A DNA stretch of 64,000 nucleotides from Candidatus Woesearchaeota archaeon. GTDB lineage: Archaea; Nanobdellota; Nanobdellia; Woesearchaeales; JAZDKJ01. Below are positions 20,326-29,399 of the stretch, piece after piece. The position numbers and the translations under genes were made by a program. A model generated the notes under the pieces. It saw nothing but the letters and a program-made list of their open reading frames with translations. It was not told where the DNA came from and made no database searches. Location: contig JAZDKJ010000012.1 in the NCBI GenBank assembly GCA_043803105.1, positions 64,001 to 128,000 of the forward strand, written 5' to 3'. How positions within the stretch are numbered: position 1 is the first letter of the stretch; each line of letters opens with the position of its first letter.

Positions 20326-20716
20326 TTGAGTGTTCTTTGTTGCTCTTTTCTACTACCACCACTTTTCCCTTGTAGTCCACGAATATTATGTTGTCCCCTT
20401 CTGTTATCTGTTCCAAGAGCATTGGTTCGCACTCAGCATCCAGCATCTCATACGTATGTGAGTCCATTATCTGCACTCTGTCCTGCAATTTTGCTATCAC
20501 TGATGCAACTTTTTTTCTTGCCTCGACTATCTCTACCTTGTCGTTATGAGCTAACGTTATGATTTTTTCTCCTCCGCCAAAGAGAGGTTTCACAAAGAAT
20601 TTCATTTTTGTGTGCGAGTGCGTGCCTACAGCAACTAATTCTTTTCTTACCACTTTGAGTGTCTCTCCCTTGTACTCGAATGTGCTTCCCCTATCAAGGT
20701 CTGATGCTGATGCCAT
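20312..20716 (-). CDS. aIF5A/EF-P family homologue with atypical hypusine loop
   Basis: ASDLDRG, GTHSHTK loop, VQIMDSHTYE (cf. aIF5A VQxMDxETYE). Confidence 0.8.
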   Translation of the reverse strand: MASASDLDRGSTFEYKGETLKVVRKELVAVGTHSHTKMKFFVKPLFGGGEKIITLAHNDKVEIVEARKKVASVIAKLQDRVQIMDSHTYEMLDAECEPMLLEQITEGDNIIFVDYKGKVVVVEKSNKEHSTNEQ

Positions 20717-20793
20717 GCCTTTTGCCTTTTCTGGTCTGTATAAAAAGGTTTCTACATGGAATCTGTTATGCTCCAGAAATTGCGACCAGATGA

Positions 20794-21195
20794 TTAATCA
20801 TACCTTTCAGGCCTGTACACATCGCTTCCCGGTTGGAATGGTATGAAGGACTTTGGACTGTTGTCCATGCAGGAAATCTGTTTCTTAATTATTTCTTTGA
20901 TGTCATACATGATTGCCCTTGTTGCCTTATTAGCGTGTTCTCCTTTGGCTGCCACATAAATTTCACTCCTGCCATCGACTGCAAACATCATTCTGGTTGA
21001 AAGCTCTTCGTCGTGGACATGGGCGAGAAACCATGGACCTACATACTCATAATCCCTTTTCTTGAAATTACCAGTTATCTCAGCAATAACGCACTTCAGC
21101 GCATCCTTCGGTAAATCAGTTACTAGCCAGCATATTGAAGATGGCTTACTTCCAACCTTTTGTATAAAAGCATTTTCGACTTCTGGTTCAAGCAT
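20794..21195 (-). CDS. Hypothetical protein
   Basis: 133-aa ORF filling the gap. Confidence 0.55.
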   Translation of the reverse strand: MLEPEVENAFIQKVGSKPSSICWLVTDLPKDALKCVIAEITGNFKKRDYEYVGPWFLAHVHDEELSTRMMFAVDGRSEIYVAAKGEHANKATRAIMYDIKEIIKKQISCMDNSPKSFIPFQPGSDVYRPERYD

Positions 21196-21287
21196 TTCAT
21201 GTCCCTCCGGTTTTTACAAAAATATTATATAGTTGATATTAATACCTATTGTTATAAAAATAACAAACTGTTATTGAATCTGTTACC

Positions 21288-21935
21288 ATGGTTAACATCA
21301 GTCATCTTGTCCGGGAATTTGTTGACCGCCAGCCCCTCCTGCAGGAGGCAATTATTGAGGGCATAGTCAATTTTGGTGCTCTTGCAGACCAGCTCAAGCC
21401 CAGGATTGAGAAGGAACTTTCCAGGAAGGTTAAGCATTCTGCTGTTGTAATGGCCCTGCACAGGTATTCTGAAACATTGAAAAAGCCCTTTCCCAAAAAG
21501 TTTGACTATCGCTCCGAGATTATCATCAAGACCGGAATATGCGACCTAATCCTTGTGAAGAGCCCTGAGCTTTTTGAGCGCCTGAAAAAGGCTTATGACC
21601 TTGTTGACTATAACAAGGGTGATACCCTGAACATTGTCCTTGGCAATTATGAGGTCTCCCTTGTTGTGAGCGAGCGTATTCTGGCCAGCCTGACTTCTTT
21701 GTTGCGTGATGTCAAGGTTATAAGTATAGAGCATGACCTTGTTTCCATTGCCTTGCGTTTCAACGAAAAGTTTGTTACAACCCCTGGTGTTATTGCCAAC
21801 ATCACAAGAAAACTTAGTTGGAACAATGTGAATATTGTTGAGATTGTCTCTACGATGACTGAGCTAAGCGTAATAATTCATGAGAGAAATCTTACCCGCG
21901 CCTATAAAGTCCTCCAGGAATTAATAAGTGGGTAG
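21288..21935 (+). CDS. ACT-domain protein (aspartokinase regulatory-like)
   Basis: VNFGALA N-terminus; TPGVIA...VNIVEIVSTMTELS ACT motif. Confidence 0.85.
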   Translation: MVNISHLVREFVDRQPLLQEAIIEGIVNFGALADQLKPRIEKELSRKVKHSAVVMALHRYSETLKKPFPKKFDYRSEIIIKTGICDLILVKSPELFERLKKAYDLVDYNKGDTLNIVLGNYEVSLVVSERILASLTSLLRDVKVISIEHDLVSIALRFNEKFVTTPGVIANITRKLSWNNVNIVEIVSTMTELSVIIHERNLTRAYKVLQELISG

Positions 21936-22203
21936 GCATGCCCAAGAGTGGTTAGTTGCCTTATGCAAAAGTTTCCTTGATGCCTCCTCTGTTCCGCTAC
22001 CCTTCAAGCACCAGTGTTAAAGGTTAAGGCTGCTATGTTCCCATCCTGACCTAGTTCCCTAGATCACCAGCCCTGCAGGACAGAACATCACTGTCCGCGC
22101 CAAGACTCCTGCATATGACAGCTATCGCTTCCAAGGCTTCGGCCCCGCCATGAAGCCCGTGTGCGGTGACAGGAAAGGGCTAACTTCCCAGCCTAGCCTA
22201 CCC
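21930..22203 (-). ncRNA. ffs: Signal recognition particle (7S) RNA
   Basis: Minus strand has helix-8 motif GTCAGGATGGGAACATAGCAGC and terminal helix GGGTAGGC/GCCTACCC. Confidence 0.92.
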
Positions 22204-22238
22204 ATGGCAAAAGATGCTACTTTTGCTTTTAAAAGTTA

Positions 22239-22802
22239 CTATTCAACCTGCTTTAGAAGTGAGTTTATCTGTTCTAGTGGCAGCCCCATGATATTTGTGT
22301 AAGAGCCTTCTACTGACTCAACAAAGCTTGAAAAGTTTGGGTCAGAGATATTGTACGCTCCAGCCTTTCCTTCGTAACTTCCTGCACTGATATATTCCGT
22401 TAATATTTCTTTGCTTACCCTGTTAAGTTTGACTCTGGAGACTTCATAAGACTTTGCTGTCTTGCCAGACTTTGTGTTGATAAGGTATAGTCCTGTGTGC
22501 ACTTCATGCACCTCTCCAAGCAGGCTTTTTATCATCTTTTCTGCTTCCTCTGCATCTTTTGGCTGCCCTATTATCTTTTCTTTGAAGTATACTGCAGTGT
22601 CTGCAGCGATTATTACACTGTCTTTATGCTTTGCCGCTGCTTTCTCTGCCTTTCCCCTAGCTATTTGCATCACAAGCCTCTTGACATCGTGCTCTCTAAT
22701 CTCGCTCTCCTCAAAATTGCTTGCATCAACAATGAACTCGTATCCAAGTCTCTCAAGTATCTCTTTCCTTCTCGGTGATTTTGATGCTAAAACAAGTTTC
22801 AT
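22239..22802 (-). CDS. maf: Maf family nucleotide pyrophosphatase
   Basis: LVLASKSPRR, IAADT, GKAGAY, NIMGLP. Confidence 0.95.
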   Translation of the reverse strand: MKLVLASKSPRRKEILERLGYEFIVDASNFEESEIREHDVKRLVMQIARGKAEKAAAKHKDSVIIAADTAVYFKEKIIGQPKDAEEAEKMIKSLLGEVHEVHTGLYLINTKSGKTAKSYEVSRVKLNRVSKEILTEYISAGSYEGKAGAYNISDPNFSSFVESVEGSYTNIMGLPLEQINSLLKQVE

Positions 22803-22889
22803 GAAGCATTTGTGGCTTGCTTGGCATTTAATAGGTTTTCTGTTAATCGCATCGAAACCTTTATTAAATCAGTAGTCTATTGGTCCATT

Positions 22890-23699
22890 GTGGCTGAGCC
22901 GGCAATCATCTTTCTCGGTACAGGTGGGGATTCTGTTGTAGTTGGTAAGCAGTTAAGGGGCTCTGGCGGCATTATCCTGCACGTTAATGATTATCAATTT
23001 CACATTGATCCTGGCCCTGGAGCTCTTGTTAGGGCCTTGCAGTTTGGTGTTAATGTCCGGGAAAACACTGCAGTCCTTGTCTCTCATGCCCATACAAATC
23101 ATTGCAATGACGTTAATGCAGTCCTTTCAGCAATGACTTATAACGGCCTTGATATCAAGGGTGTTCTTGTTGCAAACGACACTCTTGTTAATGGCCTAGA
23201 GAACGAGCCTCCATTCCTCACAAAATTTCACAGGGAAATGGTGGAGAGGATTATTAACATTAAGCACGGACAGAAGATTGGCATTGAGGACATTGAGATT
23301 CATGCCTTGAAGGCACGCCACACTGACCCAAACTCCTTGGGTTTTTGCTTTCTAACCCCTAATTTCTCTATGTGCTACAGCTCTGATACAGGTCCTTCTC
23401 CTGAGGTCATAGAGCAATACGAAAAGTTTGACATCCTAATCTTGAATTCTGTCTATCCCTCTGGCCAAAGCTCAAAGGACAATCTAAGTTGTGATGATGT
23501 GCTCTCAATAATTAGCAAGGTCAAGCCAAAGCTTGCGGTAATTACTCATTTTGGCAGTAAGATGCTACAGGCAGATCCTCTATACGAAGCGCGAGAACTC
23601 CAGAAGAAGTCTGGTTGCCAGGTTGTTGCTGCAAAGGATGGCCTGAGCATTAATCCCCTATCTTATGCCACCAGGCAAAGGACTCTCAATTCATATTAG
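22890..23699 (+). CDS. Metallo-beta-lactamase fold hydrolase
   Basis: FLGTGG, IDPGPG, SHAHTNH, SDT, ITHFG. Confidence 0.9.
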   Translation: MAEPAIIFLGTGGDSVVVGKQLRGSGGIILHVNDYQFHIDPGPGALVRALQFGVNVRENTAVLVSHAHTNHCNDVNAVLSAMTYNGLDIKGVLVANDTLVNGLENEPPFLTKFHREMVERIINIKHGQKIGIEDIEIHALKARHTDPNSLGFCFLTPNFSMCYSSDTGPSPEVIEQYEKFDILILNSVYPSGQSSKDNLSCDDVLSIISKVKPKLAVITHFGSKMLQADPLYEARELQKKSGCQVVAAKDGLSINPLSYATRQRTLNSY

Positions 23700-24596
23700 C
23701 ATCACTATTGCATATCCCACAAAGCATCCAGCGCTTATGAATGGCATCGCAGGATAGAACCTGTCTTTCTTTGCTTTTAATAACAAGAGCAACAAAGCTA
23801 TTGCTGCAAATAAAGGTATTATTAGCGCCTTAAGGAATGCTATTCCAAATCCGTTCTGCAGCATGAATCCTTTCATTACAACCCCTGCAAAGAGCAACGG
23901 GAACCCTATGTCTCCTCCTCCTAGCACAGCGTTTCTTGGCTCTTCTGCTGCTTGTTTTTGTTCTATTTTTTTCCCTATCTTGGGCATTCCTGTTTTTTCT
24001 GCCTTGTATCTGATGAGTAGACCTGCAAAAACCTTTGACTCTGTCTGGAATTTTGCTAGTTTTATCATATGCCCTGATTTCCATACTGCGATAACGTCGT
24101 AAATTGATATTAGGATAAGCAGCATTACTGAGGCAAACACATTCATTATTGGCACAAATATTGCAGCCAAACCACCGTATATGAGCACTTCTGATAAGTT
24201 GTGTATGTATATATTCGGCCTAAAAATCTTGAACACTGCAAGTATTACCGCTATTGCCAACGCAACATATTTGTTGACGAATGCGCCAATGGATATTGTC
24301 AGGCACAGTATGACTGCAAGAAAGAACCACACCTTCCAAAGCCATGGCGTTCTGAATTTTATGAGCAAAAACATAATTATTGTTGCCAGGAGCACTGCGA
24401 TGATTATGTATACAAATGAGCTGCTTTGCTCCACCGGAGGTCTTTCTATGTTGTAAGGCAGCTGGGTGAATGTTATGTTTCCTGTTGCAATGCTTGTCTG
24501 GTGGTCTATATACTGGTTTGTGACAAGTAGCCCCACTATCTGCGCAGCCATGAATATTCCGACTAAAAGCAATGTTATTTTCAGTGTGTGTTTCAT
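23691..24596 (-). CDS. Presenilin-like GxGD intramembrane aspartyl protease
   Basis: YD, LGGGD and PAMP motifs; multiple TM. Confidence 0.92.
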   Translation of the reverse strand: MKHTLKITLLLVGIFMAAQIVGLLVTNQYIDHQTSIATGNITFTQLPYNIERPPVEQSSSFVYIIIAVLLATIIMFLLIKFRTPWLWKVWFFLAVILCLTISIGAFVNKYVALAIAVILAVFKIFRPNIYIHNLSEVLIYGGLAAIFVPIMNVFASVMLLILISIYDVIAVWKSGHMIKLAKFQTESKVFAGLLIRYKAEKTGMPKIGKKIEQKQAAEEPRNAVLGGGDIGFPLLFAGVVMKGFMLQNGFGIAFLKALIIPLFAAIALLLLLLKAKKDRFYPAMPFISAGCFVGYAIVMLI

Positions 24597-24690
24597 TGCT
24601 TCACAGCTGAGCCCTTCCTGTTTAAAAATGTTGTTTTTATTCTGCCCTAAACATTTAAATAATCATTCCCTCTTGCACTGGAGAAGGTGA

Positions 24691-25818
24691 TTGATTCTGG
24701 CAAAAAAATATATTGTCACACCGTGGGAAGTCAAGGGAGAGATTGACTATGAGAAGCTCATAAAGGAGTTTGGCACTGAGAAGATTACTCCCCATCTCCT
24801 TGAAAGGATCAAGAAGCATACTGGCGAGCTTCATTACATGCTTCGGCGCAATATCTTTTTTTCCCATCGCGATATGAATTGGATTCTTGACGAGTATGAG
24901 AAGGGCAACAAGTTCTTTCTTTACACAGGAAGGGGCCCCTCTGGAACAACGCATATGGGTCATCTTGTCCCCTGGATATTTACAAAATGGCTCCAGGACA
25001 AGTTTGATGTTGAGCTATGGTTCCAGATGACTGATGACGAAAAATACCTTTTCAAGAAGGACCTTGACCTTGATGAGGCTAACCGCCTAACCTACGATAA
25101 TGCCCTCGATATCATTGCCCTTGGGTTTGACCAGAAAAAGACCCATATCTTTTCTGACATAGATTATGCCAAGACCCTTTACAAGCAGTCTCTAAAGGTT
25201 GCAAAAAAGCTTACCTTCTCCACTGTAAAGGCTGTCTTCGGCTTTGACAATGACAGCAATGTTGGGCAGATCTTTTTCACTTCTGTTCAGAGCGTGCCAG
25301 CCTTCTTGCCCAGTGTGCTCGCAGGAAAAAATATTCCCTGCCTTATCCCTTATGCTATTGATCAGGATCCCCATTTCAGGATCTGTCGTGACATCATGCC
25401 AAAGCTTGGTTACTACAAGCCTGCTGCCATCCATTCAAGGTTCTTGCCACCGCTTACAGGCACAGAGGGAAAGATGTCCTCATCAGAGGCCTCAGGCACT
25501 ATTTTGACAACCGATACTGCCGATGTAGTAAGGACCAAGGTGATGAAATATGCATTCTCTGGCGGCAGGGAAACGATTAAGGAGCACCGCGAAAAAGGTG
25601 GAAATCCTGATGTTGATGTTTCCTATCAATGGCTTAGGCATTTCGAGCCAGATGACTTGAAGCTTGAGAAAATTTACAATGATTACAAGTCAGGTGCGCT
25701 TTTGACTGGTGAATTAAAGCAGATTCTTGTTGACACGCTTAACTCCTTCTTAAAAGAGCACCAAAGGAAGCGCGAGTCAGCAAGGAAGGTTCTTGACAAG
25801 TTTATTCTTAAGGATTAG
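24691..25818 (+). CDS. trpS: Tryptophan--tRNA ligase
   Basis: VTPW, YTGRGPS...HMGH, AIDQDPHFR, KMSSS. Confidence 0.97.
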   Translation: MILAKKYIVTPWEVKGEIDYEKLIKEFGTEKITPHLLERIKKHTGELHYMLRRNIFFSHRDMNWILDEYEKGNKFFLYTGRGPSGTTHMGHLVPWIFTKWLQDKFDVELWFQMTDDEKYLFKKDLDLDEANRLTYDNALDIIALGFDQKKTHIFSDIDYAKTLYKQSLKVAKKLTFSTVKAVFGFDNDSNVGQIFFTSVQSVPAFLPSVLAGKNIPCLIPYAIDQDPHFRICRDIMPKLGYYKPAAIHSRFLPPLTGTEGKMSSSEASGTILTTDTADVVRTKVMKYAFSGGRETIKEHREKGGNPDVDVSYQWLRHFEPDDLKLEKIYNDYKSGALLTGELKQILVDTLNSFLKEHQRKRESARKVLDKFILKD

Positions 25819-25853
25819 AAAAATATATAAAGTGTCAATTCTTTGGATAATCC

Positions 25854-26036
25854 ATGATACCGATAGCTCCGCTCAAAGGCTCTTTTATGATTGCCAGCAT
25901 GCTTGGCTTTTTCATTTCAGCTATTTGGGTTTATGAGATTAATCCTAAGTTTGGCTTTGCCTTCTCTCTGGTTTTCACCCTAATGTTTGTCGCATCTCTT
26001 ATTTCAATGACTTATGCGCCGGTTCCTGATAAGTAG
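25854..26036 (+). CDS. Small two-TM membrane protein
   Basis: 60-aa hydrophobic ORF. Confidence 0.7.
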   Translation: MIPIAPLKGSFMIASMLGFFISAIWVYEINPKFGFAFSLVFTLMFVASLISMTYAPVPDK

Positions 26037-26037
26037 T

Positions 26038-26412
26038 CTACTTACTCTCGTATTCTTTTATTGCGTTCTGTAGGGCAGTTGCAGCTAATACCGAGCAGTG
26101 TTTCTTCTGTACAGGAACCTCTCCAAGCCTTTCAAGAACATCCTTGTTTGTTATCTTTTTAGCGTCTTCTAATCTCATTCCCTTTACTATGTCACATAAT
26201 ACATCTGATGAGCTTATTGCCGCAACGCAGCCAAAAGTCTTGACCTTTATGTCCTCTATTATCTTTTCCCCTTTTCTCTCCCCTATCTTTATTGTTATTT
26301 CCATTATATCTCCGCAGCGAGGGTTGCCCACTCTCCCTCGGCCATCAGGCTTCTCTATCTCTCCCATATGCCTTGGGTTCCTGAAGTGTTCAAGCACTTT
26401 CTCAGAGTACAT
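26038..26412 (-). CDS. iscU: Fe-S cluster scaffold IscU/NifU
   Basis: YSEKVLEHFRNPR, GNPRCGD, TFGC, KKHCS. Confidence 0.95.
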   Translation of the reverse strand: MYSEKVLEHFRNPRHMGEIEKPDGRGRVGNPRCGDIMEITIKIGERKGEKIIEDIKVKTFGCVAAISSSDVLCDIVKGMRLEDAKKITNKDVLERLGEVPVQKKHCSVLAATALQNAIKEYESK

Positions 26413-27563
26413 TAGCTCACCTGCAGCGGGCTTATCCGCCTTAATTTTGTTACAGCCTCTTTGACTTTCTCTATTGTGTAATCGATTTCTTGTTCTGTTG
26501 TGTATTTGCTAAGTGTGAATCTTATGGAACCGTGCGCCACCTCATGCCTTAGCCCTATTGCCAAGAGCACATGGCTTGGTGCCAATGATTTTGATGAGCA
26601 CGCAGAGCCTGTTGAGACCTCTATTCCCATGTCATTTAGCATGTAAAGTAATCCTTCTCCTTCTATGAAATTGAATGATATGTTTGCATTGTTGCACAAC
26701 CTCTCTCTCGGCCCGTTAAGTTTTGTGTTTTCTATTGCCAATAATCCGTTGATTAGCTTGTCCCTTAATTTTGCCATCCTTTGGCAGTCTGCTTCGTTTG
26801 CAAGTTCTACAGCCTTTGCGAACCCTACCGCACCCGCAATGTTTTCAGTCCCTGCCCTTAGCCTGAATTCCTGCTCTCCGCCATCAGCCATTCTCTGTAT
26901 TTGTGTTCCTTTTCGTACATACAGCATTCCTATTCCCTTTGGGCCATGTATTTTGTGGCTGCTTGCTGACAAAAGGTCAATGTTCATTTTCTTTACGTCT
27001 ATTGGTACCTTGCAGAATGATTGTACAGCGTCTGTATGAAATATTATCTTGTGCTTTTTGCATATCTTTCCTATTTCCTCTATTGGTTCTATTGTCCCGA
27101 TCTCGTTGTTCGCGTACATTATACTTACTAAGATTGTCCCTTCCTTAATGTTCTTCTCGAGCTCCTTCAGGTCAACAAAACCCTCAGCATCCACATTTAG
27201 GTATGTTACCTCAAATCCTTCCCTTTCTAGTTGCTTGCATGTGTACAAAACCGCATGGTGCTCTATTTTTGTTGTGATTATGTGCCTTCCCTTTTCCTTG
27301 TTTGCGTACGCTACACCCTTTATTGCCAGGTTGTCTGATTCTGTTCCACCGCTTGTGAATATTATCTCCTCAGGCATTGCGTTTATTTTCTGTGCTATTG
27401 TTTTTCTTACATTCTGGAGTGCCTTGCTTGCCTCTTCTCCTATTGAATGCAGTGATGACGCATTGCCATATACCTCTGTGAAGTATGGCATCATTGCCTT
27501 GACCACTTCATGGTCTGTCTTTGTTGTTGCTCCGTTGTCAAGATATACTCTCATTTTAGGCAA
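26412..27563 (-). CDS. iscS: Cysteine desulfurase IscS/NifS
   Basis: YLDNGATT, FTSGGTESDN, HKIHGPKG, STGSACSS. Confidence 0.97.
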   Translation of the reverse strand: MPKMRVYLDNGATTKTDHEVVKAMMPYFTEVYGNASSLHSIGEEASKALQNVRKTIAQKINAMPEEIIFTSGGTESDNLAIKGVAYANKEKGRHIITTKIEHHAVLYTCKQLEREGFEVTYLNVDAEGFVDLKELEKNIKEGTILVSIMYANNEIGTIEPIEEIGKICKKHKIIFHTDAVQSFCKVPIDVKKMNIDLLSASSHKIHGPKGIGMLYVRKGTQIQRMADGGEQEFRLRAGTENIAGAVGFAKAVELANEADCQRMAKLRDKLINGLLAIENTKLNGPRERLCNNANISFNFIEGEGLLYMLNDMGIEVSTGSACSSKSLAPSHVLLAIGLRHEVAHGSIRFTLSKYTTEQEIDYTIEKVKEAVTKLRRISPLQVS

Positions 27564-27913
27564 ATGCAGCAGTCCTTTGGTACCTGCCCGCTTTTCATGT
27601 GTATCCCGCAGACCATCATTTTCACTTCAGTTAGCTTGCATATCCTCTGTGTCTCCTCAAGCACCCCTTTTTTCTCTTCTATGATGTTGCCTGCAGATTT
27701 TTCCACTTCTTTTAGCACTTTTCTGCTGAATACAAGTTGTTTTGCCCTCTTGGACTTTAGGTATTGTGACACTGCCGGCTCTGTTATATGGAGCAATGTA
27801 GCTATCTTCTTCTGGCTGAGCTTGTAATCCTTTAGCATTATCTTTGCAAACTCCCTTCTTATGGCTGGAAGTATGTCCCAGACCTCTATCTCCTGCGGCA
27901 TCTGTTCTTTCAT
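27551..27913 (-). CDS. Archaeal HTH transcriptional regulator with Cys/His-rich C-terminus
   Basis: PQEIEVW.ILPAIR, SQKKIA...AVSQYLKSKR, CGIH...CCIC. Confidence 0.85.
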   Translation of the reverse strand: MKEQMPQEIEVWDILPAIRREFAKIMLKDYKLSQKKIATLLHITEPAVSQYLKSKRAKQLVFSRKVLKEVEKSAGNIIEEKKGVLEETQRICKLTEVKMMVCGIHMKSGQVPKDCCICLK

Positions 27914-27946
27914 TAGAATTAACGATTGTTAATTAATATTTAAATC

Positions 27947-28501
27947 TTATCTTTTTTCTGCTTGCGATTCAGAATATAGTGTTGTCCTGTACGGACAATT
28001 GTGGCATTTCTCCTTGAACTCTTTCTTGTCCCTGATGCTCTGCTCGCACAGGTTTACAGGAAATACAAAGTCCTTTACTGGGTTTATCACTATTTCCATC
28101 TTAACTCCAGTCACATTCGGATGCGCCCTTAGGTGATAATTTATCACTCCCTCGAGCGTTACCAAGTCAGGGCTCATGAAGAACAAGCAAAGATTCTCTG
28201 TACCGCTCACGATTAACCCATTAAGGAAGAACGCGCACTTGTCAAAGCTTTTTATCACCTTTTCTGTATCAGTTGTTGTGACATCAACCTTCGCAAGGAA
28301 CAGGTTTACTTTCCTGAAGTTCATTCCTATTATCGTTGATATTATTCCCTTCTGTTTGAGTTTGTGTATCCTCATTCCCACTGATGGTTGTGACAATCCT
28401 ACCGTCTCTGCTATCTCGCTCTGCGAGCTGTTTGAGTCAGCCTCAAGCATCGAAATGATCTTTTGGTCTTTGTCGTCTATTCCAAGTTTCTCGTTTAGCA
28501 T
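27947..28501 (-). CDS. Lrp/AsnC family transcriptional regulator
   Basis: IDDKDQKII, SQSEIAETVGLSQPSV..RI..L, C-terminal CHNC. Confidence 0.9.
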   Translation of the reverse strand: MLNEKLGIDDKDQKIISMLEADSNSSQSEIAETVGLSQPSVGMRIHKLKQKGIISTIIGMNFRKVNLFLAKVDVTTTDTEKVIKSFDKCAFFLNGLIVSGTENLCLFFMSPDLVTLEGVINYHLRAHPNVTGVKMEIVINPVKDFVFPVNLCEQSIRDKKEFKEKCHNCPYRTTLYSESQAEKR

Positions 28502-28632
28502 ATTAATTATAAGATTTAGGGTTAAGTATAAAAACTTTTCTTATATTAAAGAGACTTTAAGCAATGAATATTTATGAATTATAGTAAATACTCTTATATA
28601 AAAGCCTGATTATTATGACCTATAGTGAGGTG

Positions 28633-28773
28633 ATGAAAATGGTAGAAACAGAAAGACATTGCCAGATAAGCAGGCAAGATTTCAATAGGGTTACAAGTCA
28701 CCTTAGCCATGATGACCCTGTTGATGCAATTGAGCGCGACTTCATGGAAGACGGCCTAAATGTCTGCCGGTGA
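28633..28773 (+). CDS. Small hypothetical protein (46 aa)
   Basis: GAGGTGA SD-like site; MKMVETERHCQISRQDF...DAIERDFMEDGLNVCR; absent from ORF track. Confidence 0.55.
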   Translation: MKMVETERHCQISRQDFNRVTSHLSHDDPVDAIERDFMEDGLNVCR

Positions 28774-28839
28774 AAAAGTATAAATATGAGTGATGAGAAA
28801 AGTTCCACTTCGAGTGGATGCAAAAAGAGGTTGATAGCT

Positions 28840-29091
28840 ATGACAGAAACATGTTGTGTTTGTAACAAGGAGTTAGACAAAAAAGAGGGGATTATTTCCT
28901 CTACTGGTGTTCTTGTATGTTCAGATGACTGTAAGGAAAAGTTCATGAGTGCTTTGCCCAATCATGGTGAAAGCCAGCTTACAGTGTACAGCAGGGTAAC
29001 TGGTTATTACACCCCTGTTTCTTCATGGAACAAAGGCAAAAGACAGGAGTTCCTTGACAGGAGGACTTACTCCTTGAAGGGGGTTGTCTGA
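28840..29091 (+). CDS. Stand-alone NrdD C-terminal glycyl-radical motif protein with TRASH-like Cys domain, copy 1
   Basis: CCVC...VCSDDC and YSRVTGYYTPVSSWNKGKRQEFLDR; SD GAGGTTGA favours start 28840 (alternative 28786). Confidence 0.85.
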   Translation: MTETCCVCNKELDKKEGIISSTGVLVCSDDCKEKFMSALPNHGESQLTVYSRVTGYYTPVSSWNKGKRQEFLDRRTYSLKGVV

Positions 29092-29372
29092 TGAAATGTG
29101 CTGTTTGTGCTAAACCCCTTGCACCCAAAGAAGGTCTTGTTAGCAATGTCAACCTAGAAGGAAAAGAGCCTGCTGAAGGTGAACAGCCTGTTGTTGTTTG
29201 TTCTGATTCGTGCAGGTCTGGTTTCGAAAAGTCCCTTAAGATGAAAGGTAAACCAATTGTGCATATGTCTCGCATTACAGGCTACATGCAGATTGTTGAG
29301 AATTGGAACAAGGGCAAGCAGCAGGAGTTCTTTGACAGGAAGCGTTATTCCCTTGCTGAGCTTAAAGAATAA
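29091..29372 (+). CDS. Stand-alone NrdD C-terminal glycyl-radical motif protein with TRASH-like Cys domain, copy 2
   Basis: CAVC...VCSDSC and MSRITGYMQIVENWNKGKQQEFFDR; TGATG coupling. Confidence 0.85.
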   Translation: MKCAVCAKPLAPKEGLVSNVNLEGKEPAEGEQPVVVCSDSCRSGFEKSLKMKGKPIVHMSRITGYMQIVENWNKGKQQEFFDRKRYSLAELKE

Positions 29373-29399
29373 TTTTTTTTATGTTTTTAAAATGGGTCA

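Noticed and set aside
28786-29372. Pseudogene remnants of nrdD
   Set aside because: Both ORFs are intact, have SD or coupling signals, keep the motif while diverging elsewhere, and no barrel fragments flank them
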